Shown: piece by piece, positions 1-9,619 of the stretch | Layout of the letters: each line of letters begins with the position of its first letter | How positions within the stretch are numbered: position 1 is the first letter of the stretch | Source of the DNA: an uncultured Chloroflexia bacterium | Lineage (GTDB): Bacteria > Chloroflexota > Chloroflexia > QHBQ01 > JADMIH01 | NCBI GenBank assembly: GCA_963797095.1 | Contig: CAWCNY010000005.1 | Span: forward strand, 192,001 to 256,000 | Reading direction: 5' to 3' | DNA length: 64,000 nucleotides | Translations under genes and position numbers: made by a program | Notes under the pieces: model-generated | Seen by the model: only the letters and a program-made list of their open reading frames with translations | Told to the model about the DNA's origin: nothing | Databases searched by the model: none

Positions 1-897
1 TATTACCCATCAATAGCCGTCGATGAATCAGGTGAAGCCCACATCGTGTGGGCCGATGATTACAACAGTCCGTTCGCCTACTACCGGCTATTTTACTCAC
101 ATGGGAAGGGGAGCATCTTCTCGGCCCCCGAAATTCCGTTCCAGGGTTGGGCAGGCAATGCGTGGCAGCGCGACCCATCACTTGACTTTGCCGACAACGC
201 AGTGCATCTCAGTTTCGCAAGCATCTATCTGAATCCGAACAAGAACAATTTCTATTCCTACCGGCAAGTCAGCCCGCCTCCTCCTTGTCCAACCGAGCGG
301 TTCAAAGATGTATGCCCAGGTAACTACTACTACGATCCCGTTCTTCACCTGAACGATGCCGGTGTCATCGGAGGGTACGCGGCAGCCCCACCTTGCCCAA
401 ACAGCCAGTGGGTGCCCTGCTTCCTCCCAGGTAACAATGCCACCCGCGCGCAAGTCTCCAAGATCGTGGTGTTGGGAGCCGGGCTGCCGATCAACACGAC
501 GGGTGGACCGCACTTCAGCGATGTGCAACCAGGCTCAACCTTCTATAACTACATCGAGACTCTGTACAACGCGGGCATTGTGAACGGGTACTCGGACGGC
601 TCGTTCCGCCCGAACAATAACGTGACCCGAGGACAACTCAGCAAGATGGCCGTGCTGGCATTCGGTTTCAACGAGGCGGTCTCAGGCCAGACATTCCAGG
701 ATGTCGCACCGGGATCAACGTTCTACACCTATATTCAGCGGCTTGCGGGACGCGGGATCATTAATGGATATGCCTGCGGAGGCGCAGGCGAGCCATGCGT
801 TGCTCCCAACAACCGCCCTTACTTCCGACCCAACAACAATGTGACACGAGGCCAGATTGCCAAGATCATAGACGCGTGCCGCGCCGAACTCAAATAG
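1..897 (+). CDS. S-layer homology (SLH) domain protein, 5'-truncated by the window edge
   Basis: Frame 1 is open from base 1 (YYPSIAVDESGEAHIVW...). Three SLH-like repeats (F.DV...FY.YI..L...GI..GY...FRPNNNVTRGQ) carry paired-Cys loops. Confidence 0.85.
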   Translation, partial: YYPSIAVDESGEAHIVWADDYNSPFAYYRLFYSHGKGSIFSAPEIPFQGWAGNAWQRDPSLDFADNAVHLSFASIYLNPNKNNFYSYRQVSPPPPCPTERFKDVCPGNYYYDPVLHLNDAGVIGGYAAAPPCPNSQWVPCFLPGNNATRAQVSKIVVLGAGLPINTTGGPHFSDVQPGSTFYNYIETLYNAGIVNGYSDGSFRPNNNVTRGQLSKMAVLAFGFNEAVSGQTFQDVAPGSTFYTYIQRLAGRGIINGYACGGAGEPCVAPNNRPYFRPNNNVTRGQIAKIIDACRAELK

Positions 898-928
898 CTC
901 GTTGTTTTGCAAGATCGTGCGCTGCCTG

Positions 929-937
929 TGATAAAAT
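929..937 (+). promoter_or_regulatory. Extended -10 promoter (TGaTAAAAT), probably giving a leaderless selA mRNA
   Basis: TG-n-TAAAAT ends 6 nt before the ATG at 944, and there is no Shine-Dalgarno sequence. Confidence 0.5.
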
Positions 938-943
938 AGTCGC

Positions 944-2356
944 ATGCCCGCAGAAGACAAACCACTCGCCCAACATCCCAACGGGCGCACAACGCTTAGT
1001 TCCATCCCTTCGGTGGATCGAGTGCTGGCGCACAAAGCGCTTGCGCAAGCGCGTAGCTTGCTGCCCGGTGTGCTGGTAACTGGAGCAGTGCGCGAAACGT
1101 TAGCTGAGGTGCGTCGGGGGATCACCGGGGGCGATATGGCACTGCCCTCCATAGATGAACTTGCAGTAAGCTCGGCGGAACGGGCTTTTCTAGCGATCAT
1201 GCCAAGCTTGCGCGCCGTTATCAACGCCACCGGGGTGATCATCCATACGAACCTGGGACGCGCACCACTTTCGCAGAGCGCCCTGGATGCGATCCAGCAA
1301 GCAGCGAGCTACAGCAATCTCGAGTACGACCTCACCGAGGGCGAACGCGGCTCGCGCTATGTGCATGCGGTGCAGATATTGCGCCGGGTCGTGGGATGCG
1401 AAGATGCTTTGGTGGTGAATAACAACGCCGCCGCGCTGGTGCTGGTGCTGACCTGCCTCTGTGCGGGACGCGAGGCGATCTTGTCGCGGGGCCAATCGGT
1501 CGAAATTGGTGGGGGGTTTCGCATCCCGGAGGTCATGAAGACGAGCGGCGCGCGCCTCGTCGAGGTAGGTACTACCAACCGCACCTATGCACGCGACTAC
1601 TCCGAAGCCATCAGCGCGGAAACCGCCATAGTAATGCGCGTGCACGCCAGTAATTTCCGCATTGTAGGGTTCACAACTCAGCCTTCGGTGCAAGATCTGG
1701 CCGAACTCGCACACGAACATGACATCCTCCTGGTGGACGACATCGGCAGCGGTGCCCTTCTCGATACTTCTCGCTACGGATTACGGGCTGAACCGACGCC
1801 ACAGGAAAGCCTGACCGCAGGAGCAGACCTGGTGCTGTTCAGCGGAGACAAATTGCTCGGTGGGCCGCAATGCGGCGTGATAGTAGGCAGAGCTGACCTA
1901 ATCGCCAAACTGAGGAAGCACCCCCTAACGCGCGCTTTCCGTGTCGATAAACTTACGCTAGCTGCGCTGGAAGCCACTCTTTTGCACTACCTTAAGGGCG
2001 AAGCCGAACGCGAGGTACCGGTATGGCGAATGCTATCTATCCCAAGTGAGGAGTTGCGCGCGACCGCCGAGTCATGGGCAGATGCGCTGCGCGAGGCAGA
2101 TATCACGTGCGAAATCACCTCTGGCGAATCAGCTGTGGGGGGTGGCGCTCTGCCAGGCGAAACTCTCCCAACTCACTTGCTTTCAATCCCACTTACGGAG
2201 GCGCGGGCAGGGGAAATGGCGCAAGCCCTGCGGGACCGGCCAATTCCGATTATTGCTCGTGTTGAGCATGGTGCGCTGCTGCTCGATCCTCGCACGGTCC
2301 TACCCCAGAAGCATCAGATTTTGGTCGACACTCTGAAGAAGATTCTGGCAGAGTAG
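944..2356 (+). CDS. selA: L-seryl-tRNA(Sec) selenium transferase
   Basis: Motifs VINATGVIIHTNLGRAPL, SNLEYDL..GERGSR, VEIGGGFRIPEVM, EVGTTNRT and the PLP-lysine motif FSGDKLLGGPQ. Confidence 0.96.
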   Translation: MPAEDKPLAQHPNGRTTLSSIPSVDRVLAHKALAQARSLLPGVLVTGAVRETLAEVRRGITGGDMALPSIDELAVSSAERAFLAIMPSLRAVINATGVIIHTNLGRAPLSQSALDAIQQAASYSNLEYDLTEGERGSRYVHAVQILRRVVGCEDALVVNNNAAALVLVLTCLCAGREAILSRGQSVEIGGGFRIPEVMKTSGARLVEVGTTNRTYARDYSEAISAETAIVMRVHASNFRIVGFTTQPSVQDLAELAHEHDILLVDDIGSGALLDTSRYGLRAEPTPQESLTAGADLVLFSGDKLLGGPQCGVIVGRADLIAKLRKHPLTRAFRVDKLTLAALEATLLHYLKGEAEREVPVWRMLSIPSEELRATAESWADALREADITCEITSGESAVGGGALPGETLPTHLLSIPLTEARAGEMAQALRDRPIPIIARVEHGALLLDPRTVLPQKHQILVDTLKKILAE

Positions 2357-3538
2357 CTACTGGCGTCCGTGGGCTGCTAGCCACAACTCGCGCTGTTTGA
2401 CCGCGGCCTGGCGGTCGGTGGTCCGGTAGCGAGCCAGGAACTCCTCACGGTAGTCATTGAACGATCCGTCGAGAATAGCAGCCCGGATCTCGCCGATGAT
2501 CCTCGTCATGAAGCGCAGATTGTGTATGCTGTTGAGGCGGTAGGCAAGCAATTCCTCGGCGCGGTAGAGATGGTGCAGATAACCGAGCGAAAAATGCGTG
2601 CATGTGTGACAATCGCAATCAGGTTCAATCGGTGTGTCGAGGGCCGCGAAGCGCGAGCTTTTGATCGGCAGGCGTCCGTCCCTCGTGAGAAGCGCTCCGT
2701 TGCGTGCAACCCGCGTAGGAAGCACGCAATCAAACATATCGATCCCCCTCGCCACGCATTCGACCAGGTCTTCCGGAGACCCCACGCCCATTAGATAGCG
2801 CGGCTTGTCGGTGGGCAGCAATGGCGTGGTGGCTTCGAGGATGCGGTGCATATCTTCCTTTGGTTCGCCTACGCTGAGGCCGCCGATGGCATAGCCGGGA
2901 AAGTCGAGCGCGGAGAGAGTGCGGGCGCTCTCCTGGCGCAGGTCTTCGTAGGTACTCCCCTGCAAAATGGCGAATAGCGCCTGGTCTCCTCGGCTGTGCG
3001 CACGCTGGCAGCGCTCCGCCCAGGCATGCGTCCTGGCGAGGGCGCGCTTGTTGTATTCGTGGGACGAAGGGTGGGGCGTGCATTCGTCCAGCACCATGAT
3101 TATGTCGGCCCCTAGTTGCTCCTCAACCTTCATCACCATTTCGGGCGTGAACCTGTGTCGTGATCCGTCGATGTGAGATTTGAAGGTCACACCATCGCCA
3201 TCGATCCTGCGATTGTGGGCCAGGCTGAAGACCTGAAACCCGCCGCTGTCGGTCAGGATTGGACCGCTCCAGCCCATGAAACGGTGCAGTCCCCCGAAAC
3301 CCTCGATCAGGTCGGCCCCGGGACGCAAGTAGAGATGGTAGGTGTTGGCCAGTATGATCTGCGCTTTCAACCCCCACAGGTCATCGGGCGATACCGATTT
3401 CACGCTGGCCTGTGTGCCGACAGGCATGAACACGGGCGTTTCGATCTCCCCGTGAGGCGTTTCGATCCGGCCCGCCCTTGCCTTCCCGAAAGGCGTGTCG
3501 ATCTCTTTCTGCAACTCAAAGTTAATCGCGCCGGTCAC
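2357..3538 (-). CDS. tgt: Queuine tRNA-ribosyltransferase
   Basis: Motifs TPVFMPVGT, ILANTYHLYLRPG, LTDSGGFQVFSL, DMFDCVLPTR and the Zn site CDCHTC...H. The start is placed at GTG 3538, overlapping the queG stop (GTGA). Confidence 0.96.
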   Translation of the reverse strand: MTGAINFELQKEIDTPFGKARAGRIETPHGEIETPVFMPVGTQASVKSVSPDDLWGLKAQIILANTYHLYLRPGADLIEGFGGLHRFMGWSGPILTDSGGFQVFSLAHNRRIDGDGVTFKSHIDGSRHRFTPEMVMKVEEQLGADIIMVLDECTPHPSSHEYNKRALARTHAWAERCQRAHSRGDQALFAILQGSTYEDLRQESARTLSALDFPGYAIGGLSVGEPKEDMHRILEATTPLLPTDKPRYLMGVGSPEDLVECVARGIDMFDCVLPTRVARNGALLTRDGRLPIKSSRFAALDTPIEPDCDCHTCTHFSLGYLHHLYRAEELLAYRLNSIHNLRFMTRIIGEIRAAILDGSFNDYREEFLARYRTTDRQAAVKQRELWLAAHGRQ

Positions 3539-4698
3539 TCCTGCTCCGGTCCTAGCGCCAGGCTGATTTCCTGGTGAACCCAGTCGTCCTCTTCTCGGCA
3601 ACTTCGCTCACCCAGCGCGGACATGGCGTTTTCCCCACCGATCCGGCCAAGCGCCCACGCCGCGTGCCCTCTTACCAGCGCCTCAGGATCGTTGAGAGCG
3701 CGAATGAGGGCGGGGACAGCGGCTGGGTCCCCGATATTGCCCAGCGCGACTGCCGCGTTACGCCGCAGGCCCGACCACCTCGCTCGTTTGACCGGGCTGT
3801 GCCGGAATCGCTCCTTGAATTCCGCCTGGGTCATTTCGAGTAAGGAAATCAGGTCTGGGCTGGAGCCAATTCCCATTTCCGGGGAGAACTCCGCGTGGTT
3901 GCCGGGCACAGCTTTGCGATTGACGGGGCATACCTCCTGGCAAATGTCGCACCCGAAAACCCAATCACCGATAAGCGGCCTCATTTCGCGTGGAATGGGT
4001 CCGCGCAGTTCAATGGTGAGGTAGGAGATGCACCTGTCGTTGTCCAGCACACCGGGGGCGATCAGAGCGCCGGTAGGGCAGGCAGGCATACATAGTGTGC
4101 AGGATCCACAATGCGTCCTTGCAGGCACGTCGGGTGGCAGTTCGATGTCGAGGAGTAGCTCGCCCAGGAGAACCCAGGAGCCGCGCTCGCGGTTGAGCAG
4201 GTTGGTGTTCTTACCGTACCAACCTAGCCCGGCGCGCTGCGCTACCGCCCGGTCTACGATACGCGCTGTATCTACCAGCGAGCGACACTCTACCCTGCGG
4301 CCCAAACGTTCCTCCAGCCAGCCATGGAGGGCCACCAGCTCTTCTTTGAAGATCTCATGATAGTCGTGACCCCACGCGTAGCGGGCCACCTTGCCTCGCG
4401 GCCTGCCCGGCTCCGATGGGATAAAGCTCCCATTAGAAAGGTAGCTGATCCCAAGCGAGATCAGTGTACGCACCTCAGGCATCAGGTTGCCCGGATTCGC
4501 GGCCACTTTCGCCCTGTCGGCATTGAACCATGTCAGGCCTGACAAAAGGCCTTGAGCAATACGCTCTTCCAGGACCCTTTGAGTTTCTGGAAACGGTTCG
4601 GCACGCGCAAAACCAACAAGATCGAAGCCAAGCTGGATTGCGCGCTCTACGATTTCCTTTTTCAGCGCGTGCGGAACTATGGTAAGGTCATTTTGCAA
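3535..4698 (-). CDS. queG: Epoxyqueuosine reductase with C-terminal HEAT repeats
   Basis: Motifs ARYAWGHDYH, AGLGWYGKN, CGSCTLCMPACPTGAL, CISYLTIE and FGCDICQEVCP; adjacent to tgt. Confidence 0.94.
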   Translation of the reverse strand: MQNDLTIVPHALKKEIVERAIQLGFDLVGFARAEPFPETQRVLEERIAQGLLSGLTWFNADRAKVAANPGNLMPEVRTLISLGISYLSNGSFIPSEPGRPRGKVARYAWGHDYHEIFKEELVALHGWLEERLGRRVECRSLVDTARIVDRAVAQRAGLGWYGKNTNLLNRERGSWVLLGELLLDIELPPDVPARTHCGSCTLCMPACPTGALIAPGVLDNDRCISYLTIELRGPIPREMRPLIGDWVFGCDICQEVCPVNRKAVPGNHAEFSPEMGIGSSPDLISLLEMTQAEFKERFRHSPVKRARWSGLRRNAAVALGNIGDPAAVPALIRALNDPEALVRGHAAWALGRIGGENAMSALGERSCREEDDWVHQEISLALGPEQE

Positions 4699-4812
4699 CG
4701 GAATACCTGATAAGTCAGCGCTTGGGCTTTTGCTTGTCTCCCGTGAGGGATGCCAAAGTTCCGAGCTTTGTTCGGGAGCAAGATCGCAGCCAGATCACGT
4801 CTGATTATACCA
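4699..4812 (-). promoter_or_regulatory. Extended -10 promoter and ~100-nt structured 5' leader of queG-tgt
   Basis: TGGTATAAT on the minus strand at 4812-4804. A hairpin CTTG-CTCCCG...CGGGAG-ACAAG (4733-4782) has an inner CAAAG/CTTTG helix. Confidence 0.45.
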
Positions 4813-4859
4813 GACGCTTTGGACGCCCTCCAAAGGTGCCCTCAACCCTAGCGTCTGGG

Positions 4860-5777
4860 TCATTTCGGGTGGATGCCGTTGCCGTTGGTGTAGACCGGGT
4901 CGGGCGCTACATCGGGGCTTTCTATGCGGGCGGCAAGGCTCAAACCTAGCTTCTGCTCGAACTCGCGAAGGAGGCTTTTGCTGCCGTTGAAAGCATCGGC
5001 TGGCATAGGCTCACCATCGAGCATGGTGCGCAGATAAGCCATCTCGGTCTCGGAGAAGGACGCGCCGCGCAATTTGTACTCCTCGAACGCCTCCCAGGCG
5101 ATGGGGGCTACCGCCTTGACACAGGTGGCCACCTGAGTGGCATAGTCGCGGATCTCCTTCTGAGCGTGCGCGTCGAGCCTCAGGCGAAGGAAGTGAAGCA
5201 GGTTGTGCAGGTTCATCTGCCAGTAGAACTCACTATAGAGGGAAAGTGGCAGAACAATGCGCGCAAGCTCGCGGGCCACATTATCCTCCAAAAACCGCTC
5301 GTAGTGGGCGTAGGCGGTCTCGCGGTGGCTCTTTAGATAGTCGAGGAAGCGTTGAACCACTTCCTGGGGTACCTCGTCATTCGAGCGCCCCTGTTTGTTG
5401 TCCTTACTCTGGAACCCGACGTCCTGCCATGCAGGCTCGTGGAACTCCTCTTTCATGATCGAGTAGCGCGCGCTTTCCTCATTGACCGAAGCCGTGCGGT
5501 GGCGGATCCACTGGCGTATAACGAAGATGGGGGCTTTGATGTGGAACTTGAGAACCACCATCTCGAAGGGCGTGGTGTGATCGTGCCGCATCAGGTAGCG
5601 GATGAGGCCGCGATCTTCGCGCACCGATTTTGTGCCCGCGCCGTACGATACGCGCGCAGCCTGCACTATGCTCTGGTCGCTGCCCATATAATCGACCAGG
5701 CGCACGAATCCGTTGCTCGGTACCGGCAGTGCCTGATCCAGCAATTCTTCCGCGACGGATGAAATCACGTGTCCCAT
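4860..5777 (-). CDS. thyX: FAD-dependent thymidylate synthase
   Basis: Motifs IVQAARVSY, H.TPFE, RQWIRHRTASVNEESARY, ELARIVLP and NLLHFLRLR..HAQKEIR. Confidence 0.96.
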   Translation of the reverse strand: MGHVISSVAEELLDQALPVPSNGFVRLVDYMGSDQSIVQAARVSYGAGTKSVREDRGLIRYLMRHDHTTPFEMVVLKFHIKAPIFVIRQWIRHRTASVNEESARYSIMKEEFHEPAWQDVGFQSKDNKQGRSNDEVPQEVVQRFLDYLKSHRETAYAHYERFLEDNVARELARIVLPLSLYSEFYWQMNLHNLLHFLRLRLDAHAQKEIRDYATQVATCVKAVAPIAWEAFEEYKLRGASFSETEMAYLRTMLDGEPMPADAFNGSKSLLREFEQKLGLSLAARIESPDVAPDPVYTNGNGIHPK

Positions 5778-5889
5778 GTCAGCCCCCCTTTAAGTATGAC
5801 TTTTCCGTGGGAATTATATAACGTCCGAGGGATGTGCAAAACGGATGCGGACCTAACTAAAAGTCTACTGGCGTGATCGTTTCATGGAA

Positions 5890-5980
5890 GGGGCAAACAG
5901 AAACCCCAGACGATCCTGACGGATCTTCCGGGGTCCTGTTAGTCCGAGAAACGAACCCGAAAGCTCAATCCCTCTGACTG
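5890..5980 (-). ncRNA. Candidate two-hairpin small RNA or structured leader upstream of thyX
   Basis: Follows a consensus promoter. Hairpin 1 is AGTC...GAGCT-TTCG-GGTTC...GACT (5941-5979). Hairpin 2 is AACAGGACCCC...GATCC-GTCA-GGATC...GGGGTTTCTGTT (5896-5940). No ORF. Confidence 0.5.
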
Positions 5981-5986
5981 ATTTCA

Positions 5987-6015
5987 AGTATAAGGCAAGC
6001 TGTGGTGCCTGTCAA
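5987..6015 (-). promoter_or_regulatory. sigma70/SigA-type promoter
   Basis: TTGACA-17 nt-TATACT on the minus strand. Confidence 0.75.
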
Positions 6016-6098
6016 CGGCTAATCTCAGTAGTTATCCCCAATCGTGTTGTGCTGGAAGGGCCTATCTCAATCAAGAGGGGTTGTGCGTGCTAAATTTG

Positions 6099-6908
6099 TT
6101 AGCTCCAACGCGTAAGGATCGTCTCTCGCGAGAAGAGGCGGGTGGCGATCCAGGTGGCGACCGCCGCAAGCAGCGCCAGGACAAGAGCCACTAACAAAGA
6201 GAAAACGGGGTTGAGAATAAGGAGGCCGGAGATCTGCCCGCCCAACACCAGGAAGACCGGCAAAATGACGACCGCGCTTATCTGTTGGGCAGTGCGCGGA
6301 TCGTTGGCTTTGGAGGAAGCCGCCACCGTAGCGGCCACCGTCGTCAGTGAGAGGAGAGGGCCACATAACAGGAAGAGTATGAGCCAGGAAGGGCTGATAA
6401 TCGCCGTGAAGACGGCAGATGATAGCGTGAGGAAGAACAACGCGATCACGAAAAAGACGCCGAACAGCCAGGTAAGGCCCACAGCCGGAATGAACGCGGT
6501 GAGAATCTTGGCGAGAAGAAGTTCCAGGCTGGTGATCGGGGTGGCAAGTAGTGGCTCAAGCGTGCCCCCCACCTTTTCGCCGACGATGCTGTACGAGGCG
6601 ATTATACTGGGGAGGATCACAGGCAGGAGCAGCATGATTGTGGAGATAGGTTGCCCAACGGCGGCCTGCAAAATCTCCTGAATCGGGCGACCCTGAAGGC
6701 TGGGGTAGAATTGAGTGATATTTAGCAACTGGTCGATACCGTGAAAGGAGTCGGGCGGAGCCTGGCCGAGTCCGACGATGACCGCGAGGGGCACGATCGT
6801 GAGCACTACTGGCAGAAAGATTGCGCTGAGCACCAGCCCGCGTTGCTGGCGCAATTGCGACCAATCTTTCTTCAGGATCAACATTATTTTGCGGAAATCT
6901 ATATCCAT
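6099..6908 (-). CDS. ABC-2 type transporter permease
   Basis: About six hydrophobic segments and SIVGEK..GTLEPLLATPI..ELLLAK; downstream of the ABC ATPase. Confidence 0.88.
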   Translation of the reverse strand: MDIDFRKIMLILKKDWSQLRQQRGLVLSAIFLPVVLTIVPLAVIVGLGQAPPDSFHGIDQLLNITQFYPSLQGRPIQEILQAAVGQPISTIMLLLPVILPSIIASYSIVGEKVGGTLEPLLATPITSLELLLAKILTAFIPAVGLTWLFGVFFVIALFFLTLSSAVFTAIISPSWLILFLLCGPLLSLTTVAATVAASSKANDPRTAQQISAVVILPVFLVLGGQISGLLILNPVFSLLVALVLALLAAVATWIATRLFSRETILTRWS

Positions 6909-6916
6909 ACCGCCAC

Positions 6917-7894
6917 CTACTTCGTTTTTTGCCGAGAAGCCGCCACAGGCACAGGGGTTTCCTCGGTCTCGCGCACAAGGTCGAGGTACACCTGCTCAAG
7001 TGATGCGCTGATGGGCCTGACATAGCGGATAGGCGCGCCCGCCCCGACCAATGCTGACAGCAATCGCGGGTTTTGAGTGTCGGGATCGTCCAGGTTCACA
7101 GTGAGAGTATCGCCCTCTGACTTGACACCCTTCGCGAATGGCAGCGATCTTGCGATGCCTTCCCACTTGCCGGCTTCTCCCTCTACCTGTACTAGTGTGC
7201 CCTTGCCCGAGAGGCGCAAGCGCAGGTTAGCGGGAGTATCGAGGCTCAAAAGGTGAGTGCGAAACACGGCTATCAGGTCGCAAAGCGCGTCTGCCTCGGT
7301 GAGATTGTGGGTGGTCAAGAAGATGGTGCGTCCCTCGGCGCGCATGCTCATTATGAACTGGTGGACGGTGAGGGCGGCCTCAGGGTCGAGGCCGGCGGTC
7401 GGCTCGTCGAGAAAGACCACCTCCGGCTCGTGAAGCAATGCCCGCACGAGCGCCAGTTTCTGCCGCATCCCTTTGGAAAAGCCACCAACCTTGTCGTCGC
7501 GGCGCTCCCAGAGATCTAGCATCGTTAGGTAGCGCTCGGCCCGAGAACGGGCACGCTCTTCGGGAACCTCGTACAGCCCGGCGAAGAACACCAGATTCTG
7601 GAGGGCGGTGAGGTCGCCGTATAGGCCGGGCGTCTCGGTGAGGATACCTACCGAACGGCGGATAACTTTGTTTTCTTCTCCCAGGGTGTGCCCGGCAACT
7701 TCAGCGGTGCCGGAAGTTGGGGCGATAAGCCCGGCCAGCATCCTGACTGTAGTGGTCTTGCCCGCGCCATTAGGTCCCAGGAATCCAAATACCTTACCTG
7801 TGGGGATGGCGATGCTGAGGCGGTCTACCGCCACCCGGTCGCCAAAGGCGCGGCTCAATTCGTGGGTCTGGATGGCTGGGGGATTGCTGCTCAA
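6917..7894 (-). CDS. ABC transporter ATP-binding protein
   Basis: Walker A GPNGAGKTT, signature FSKGMRQK and Walker B VFLDEPT. Confidence 0.93.
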   Translation of the reverse strand: MSSNPPAIQTHELSRAFGDRVAVDRLSIAIPTGKVFGFLGPNGAGKTTTVRMLAGLIAPTSGTAEVAGHTLGEENKVIRRSVGILTETPGLYGDLTALQNLVFFAGLYEVPEERARSRAERYLTMLDLWERRDDKVGGFSKGMRQKLALVRALLHEPEVVFLDEPTAGLDPEAALTVHQFIMSMRAEGRTIFLTTHNLTEADALCDLIAVFRTHLLSLDTPANLRLRLSGKGTLVQVEGEAGKWEGIARSLPFAKGVKSEGDTLTVNLDDPDTQNPRLLSALVGAGAPIRYVRPISASLEQVYLDLVRETEETPVPVAASRQKTK

Positions 7895-7900
7895 ATTACA

Positions 7901-9562
7901 TCATAAGGGGATGTTGCCGTGTTTTTTCGGCGGGTTGGAGTCCCTTTTGTTACGGAGCATTTGCAGAGCGCTTATCAGCCTTGGCCTGGTCTGGCGTGGC
8001 TCGATAATGTCGTCGATGAAGCCACGAGCGGCGGGCACATATGGGTTGGCGAACTTTTGCAAATACTCGGCCTCAAGCCGCTTGCGGGTGGCTACCGGGT
8101 CGGGGCTGGCCTCAATCTGGTCTTTGAAGATTATACTTACTGCCCCATCGACGCCCATAACGGCAACTTCGGCGGTGGGCCACGCATAATTGATGTCGCC
8201 GCGCACGTGCTTGGAGTTCATCACGTCGTATGCACCGCCATACGCCTTGCGTGTGATTACGGTGATCTTGGGAACCGTGGCCTCGCAGTAAGCATACAGG
8301 AGCTTGGCACCGTGCCTGATGATGCCACCATGCTCTTGCTTCACTCCTGGGAGGAAACCGGGCACATCCTCGAAGGTTATGATCGGGATATTGAAGCAGT
8401 CGCAGAAGCGGACGAAGCGAGCAGCCTTATCTGCCGAGTTTATGTCGAGCACGCCGGCAAGCACCATCGGTTGTTGGGCCACTATGCCCACCGATTGCCC
8501 GGCCAGGCGTGCGAAGCCTATGATCATGTTGCCCGCGAAATGCTCTTGAATCTCAAGAAACTCGCCGTTGTCCATCACCTTCCTGATCACCGTCTTCATG
8601 TCGTAGCCCTTCGTTGGCTGGTCGGGGATAATGGTGTTCAATTCGTCGTCCATGCGACTGGCGGGGTCGTCGGTCGGCACGAACGGGGGATCATCGAGGT
8701 TGTTTGATGGGATGTAGCTCATGAGTCGGCGGAGCATCATGAGGCACTCTTCTTCGCTGTCGAGGGCGAAATGGGCCACGCCGGACGTGCTGTTGTGGAC
8801 CATCGCGCCGCCAAGCGTCTCGAACGTGACGTCCTCATGCGTGACGGTCTTGACCACGTTTGGCCCGGTGACGAACATATAGGATGTATCTTTGACCATC
8901 AGGATGAAATCGGTCATGGCGGGGGAATAGACCGCGCCACCCGCGCAAGGCCCCATGATAGCCGAGATCTGAGGGACCACTCCCGACGCCAGCACGTTCT
9001 TGAGGAATACATCGGCGTAGCCACCGAGGCTCAGCACACCCTCTTGAATGCGCGCTCCACCCGAATCGTTGAGGCCGATCACAGGCGCGCCGTTCTTCAT
9101 CGCCATATCCATGATCTTGACTATCTTCTCAGCGTGGGCCTCCGAAAGGGAGCCACCGAACACGGTGAAGTCCTGCGAGAAGACGTACACGAGCCTGCCG
9201 TCGATCTTGCCCCAACCGGTGACCACGCCATCGCCCAGCACCATCTGGTCGCCCATGCCGAAGTCGGAGATGCGGTGGGTAACGAACATATCGATCTCCT
9301 CGAACGAGCCTTCGTCCAGCAATAGGTCGACGCGCTCGCGGGCCGTGAGCTTGCCTTTCGCGTGTTGCTGTTGGATGCGCTTTTCACCGCCACCCAAATA
9401 GGCGCGCTCGCGCATTTCCCTAAGAAGAGCGAGATTTTCGGCGGTGCTCAGGCGATGTGGGGTCGATTTCTCAGCGCCATTAGGGACGGAGTTGTTTGTG
9501 CCGGTGGAGTTCGTGATGGACGCGGCGGCGCTATCGGCGTCGCCGGAAGAACCAGAGGACAT
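7901..9562 (-). CDS. pccB: Acyl-CoA (propionyl/methylmalonyl-CoA) carboxyltransferase beta subunit
   Basis: Motifs [48 protein letters not shown] and the terminal [10 protein letters not shown]. Confidence 0.9.
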   Translation of the reverse strand: MSSGSSGDADSAAASITNSTGTNNSVPNGAEKSTPHRLSTAENLALLREMRERAYLGGGEKRIQQQHAKGKLTARERVDLLLDEGSFEEIDMFVTHRISDFGMGDQMVLGDGVVTGWGKIDGRLVYVFSQDFTVFGGSLSEAHAEKIVKIMDMAMKNGAPVIGLNDSGGARIQEGVLSLGGYADVFLKNVLASGVVPQISAIMGPCAGGAVYSPAMTDFILMVKDTSYMFVTGPNVVKTVTHEDVTFETLGGAMVHNSTSGVAHFALDSEEECLMMLRRLMSYIPSNNLDDPPFVPTDDPASRMDDELNTIIPDQPTKGYDMKTVIRKVMDNGEFLEIQEHFAGNMIIGFARLAGQSVGIVAQQPMVLAGVLDINSADKAARFVRFCDCFNIPIITFEDVPGFLPGVKQEHGGIIRHGAKLLYAYCEATVPKITVITRKAYGGAYDVMNSKHVRGDINYAWPTAEVAVMGVDGAVSIIFKDQIEASPDPVATRKRLEAEYLQKFANPYVPAARGFIDDIIEPRQTRPRLISALQMLRNKRDSNPPKKHGNIPL

Positions 9563-9619
9563 AAAGGTGGCTCCTTGTATCTAGTTGCCGGTTCGCTGCG
9601 CCAACTATTATACAACTTG

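Noticed and set aside
944-2356. Selenoprotein genes, selB/selD or tRNA-Sec near selA
   Set aside because: I saw no ORF with a convincing in-frame UGA at a Cys-equivalent position and no tRNA-like cloverleaf, though a by-eye scan could miss one.
2351-2362. selA and tgt stop codons abutting with no terminator
   Set aside because: This is ordinary compact convergent packing, and the short palindrome arises from the two TAG codons.
5896-5940. SRP (4.5S) RNA, suggested by CAGG...CCGGAAG
   Set aside because: It lacks the GGAAGCAGC half of the SRP domain IV motif, and the GGAA lies in a stem rather than a tetraloop.
6032-6040. DnaA-box-like TTATCCCCA and a nearby NrdR-like sequence upstream of thyX
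   Set aside because: The DnaA box is single and mismatched, and the NrdR-like spacing is wrong, so both are compatible with chance.
7919-9401. Long antisense and alternative-frame ORFs here and across the window
   Set aside because: They are expected shadows of GC-rich codon usage opposite well-supported genes, with no motifs or RBS.
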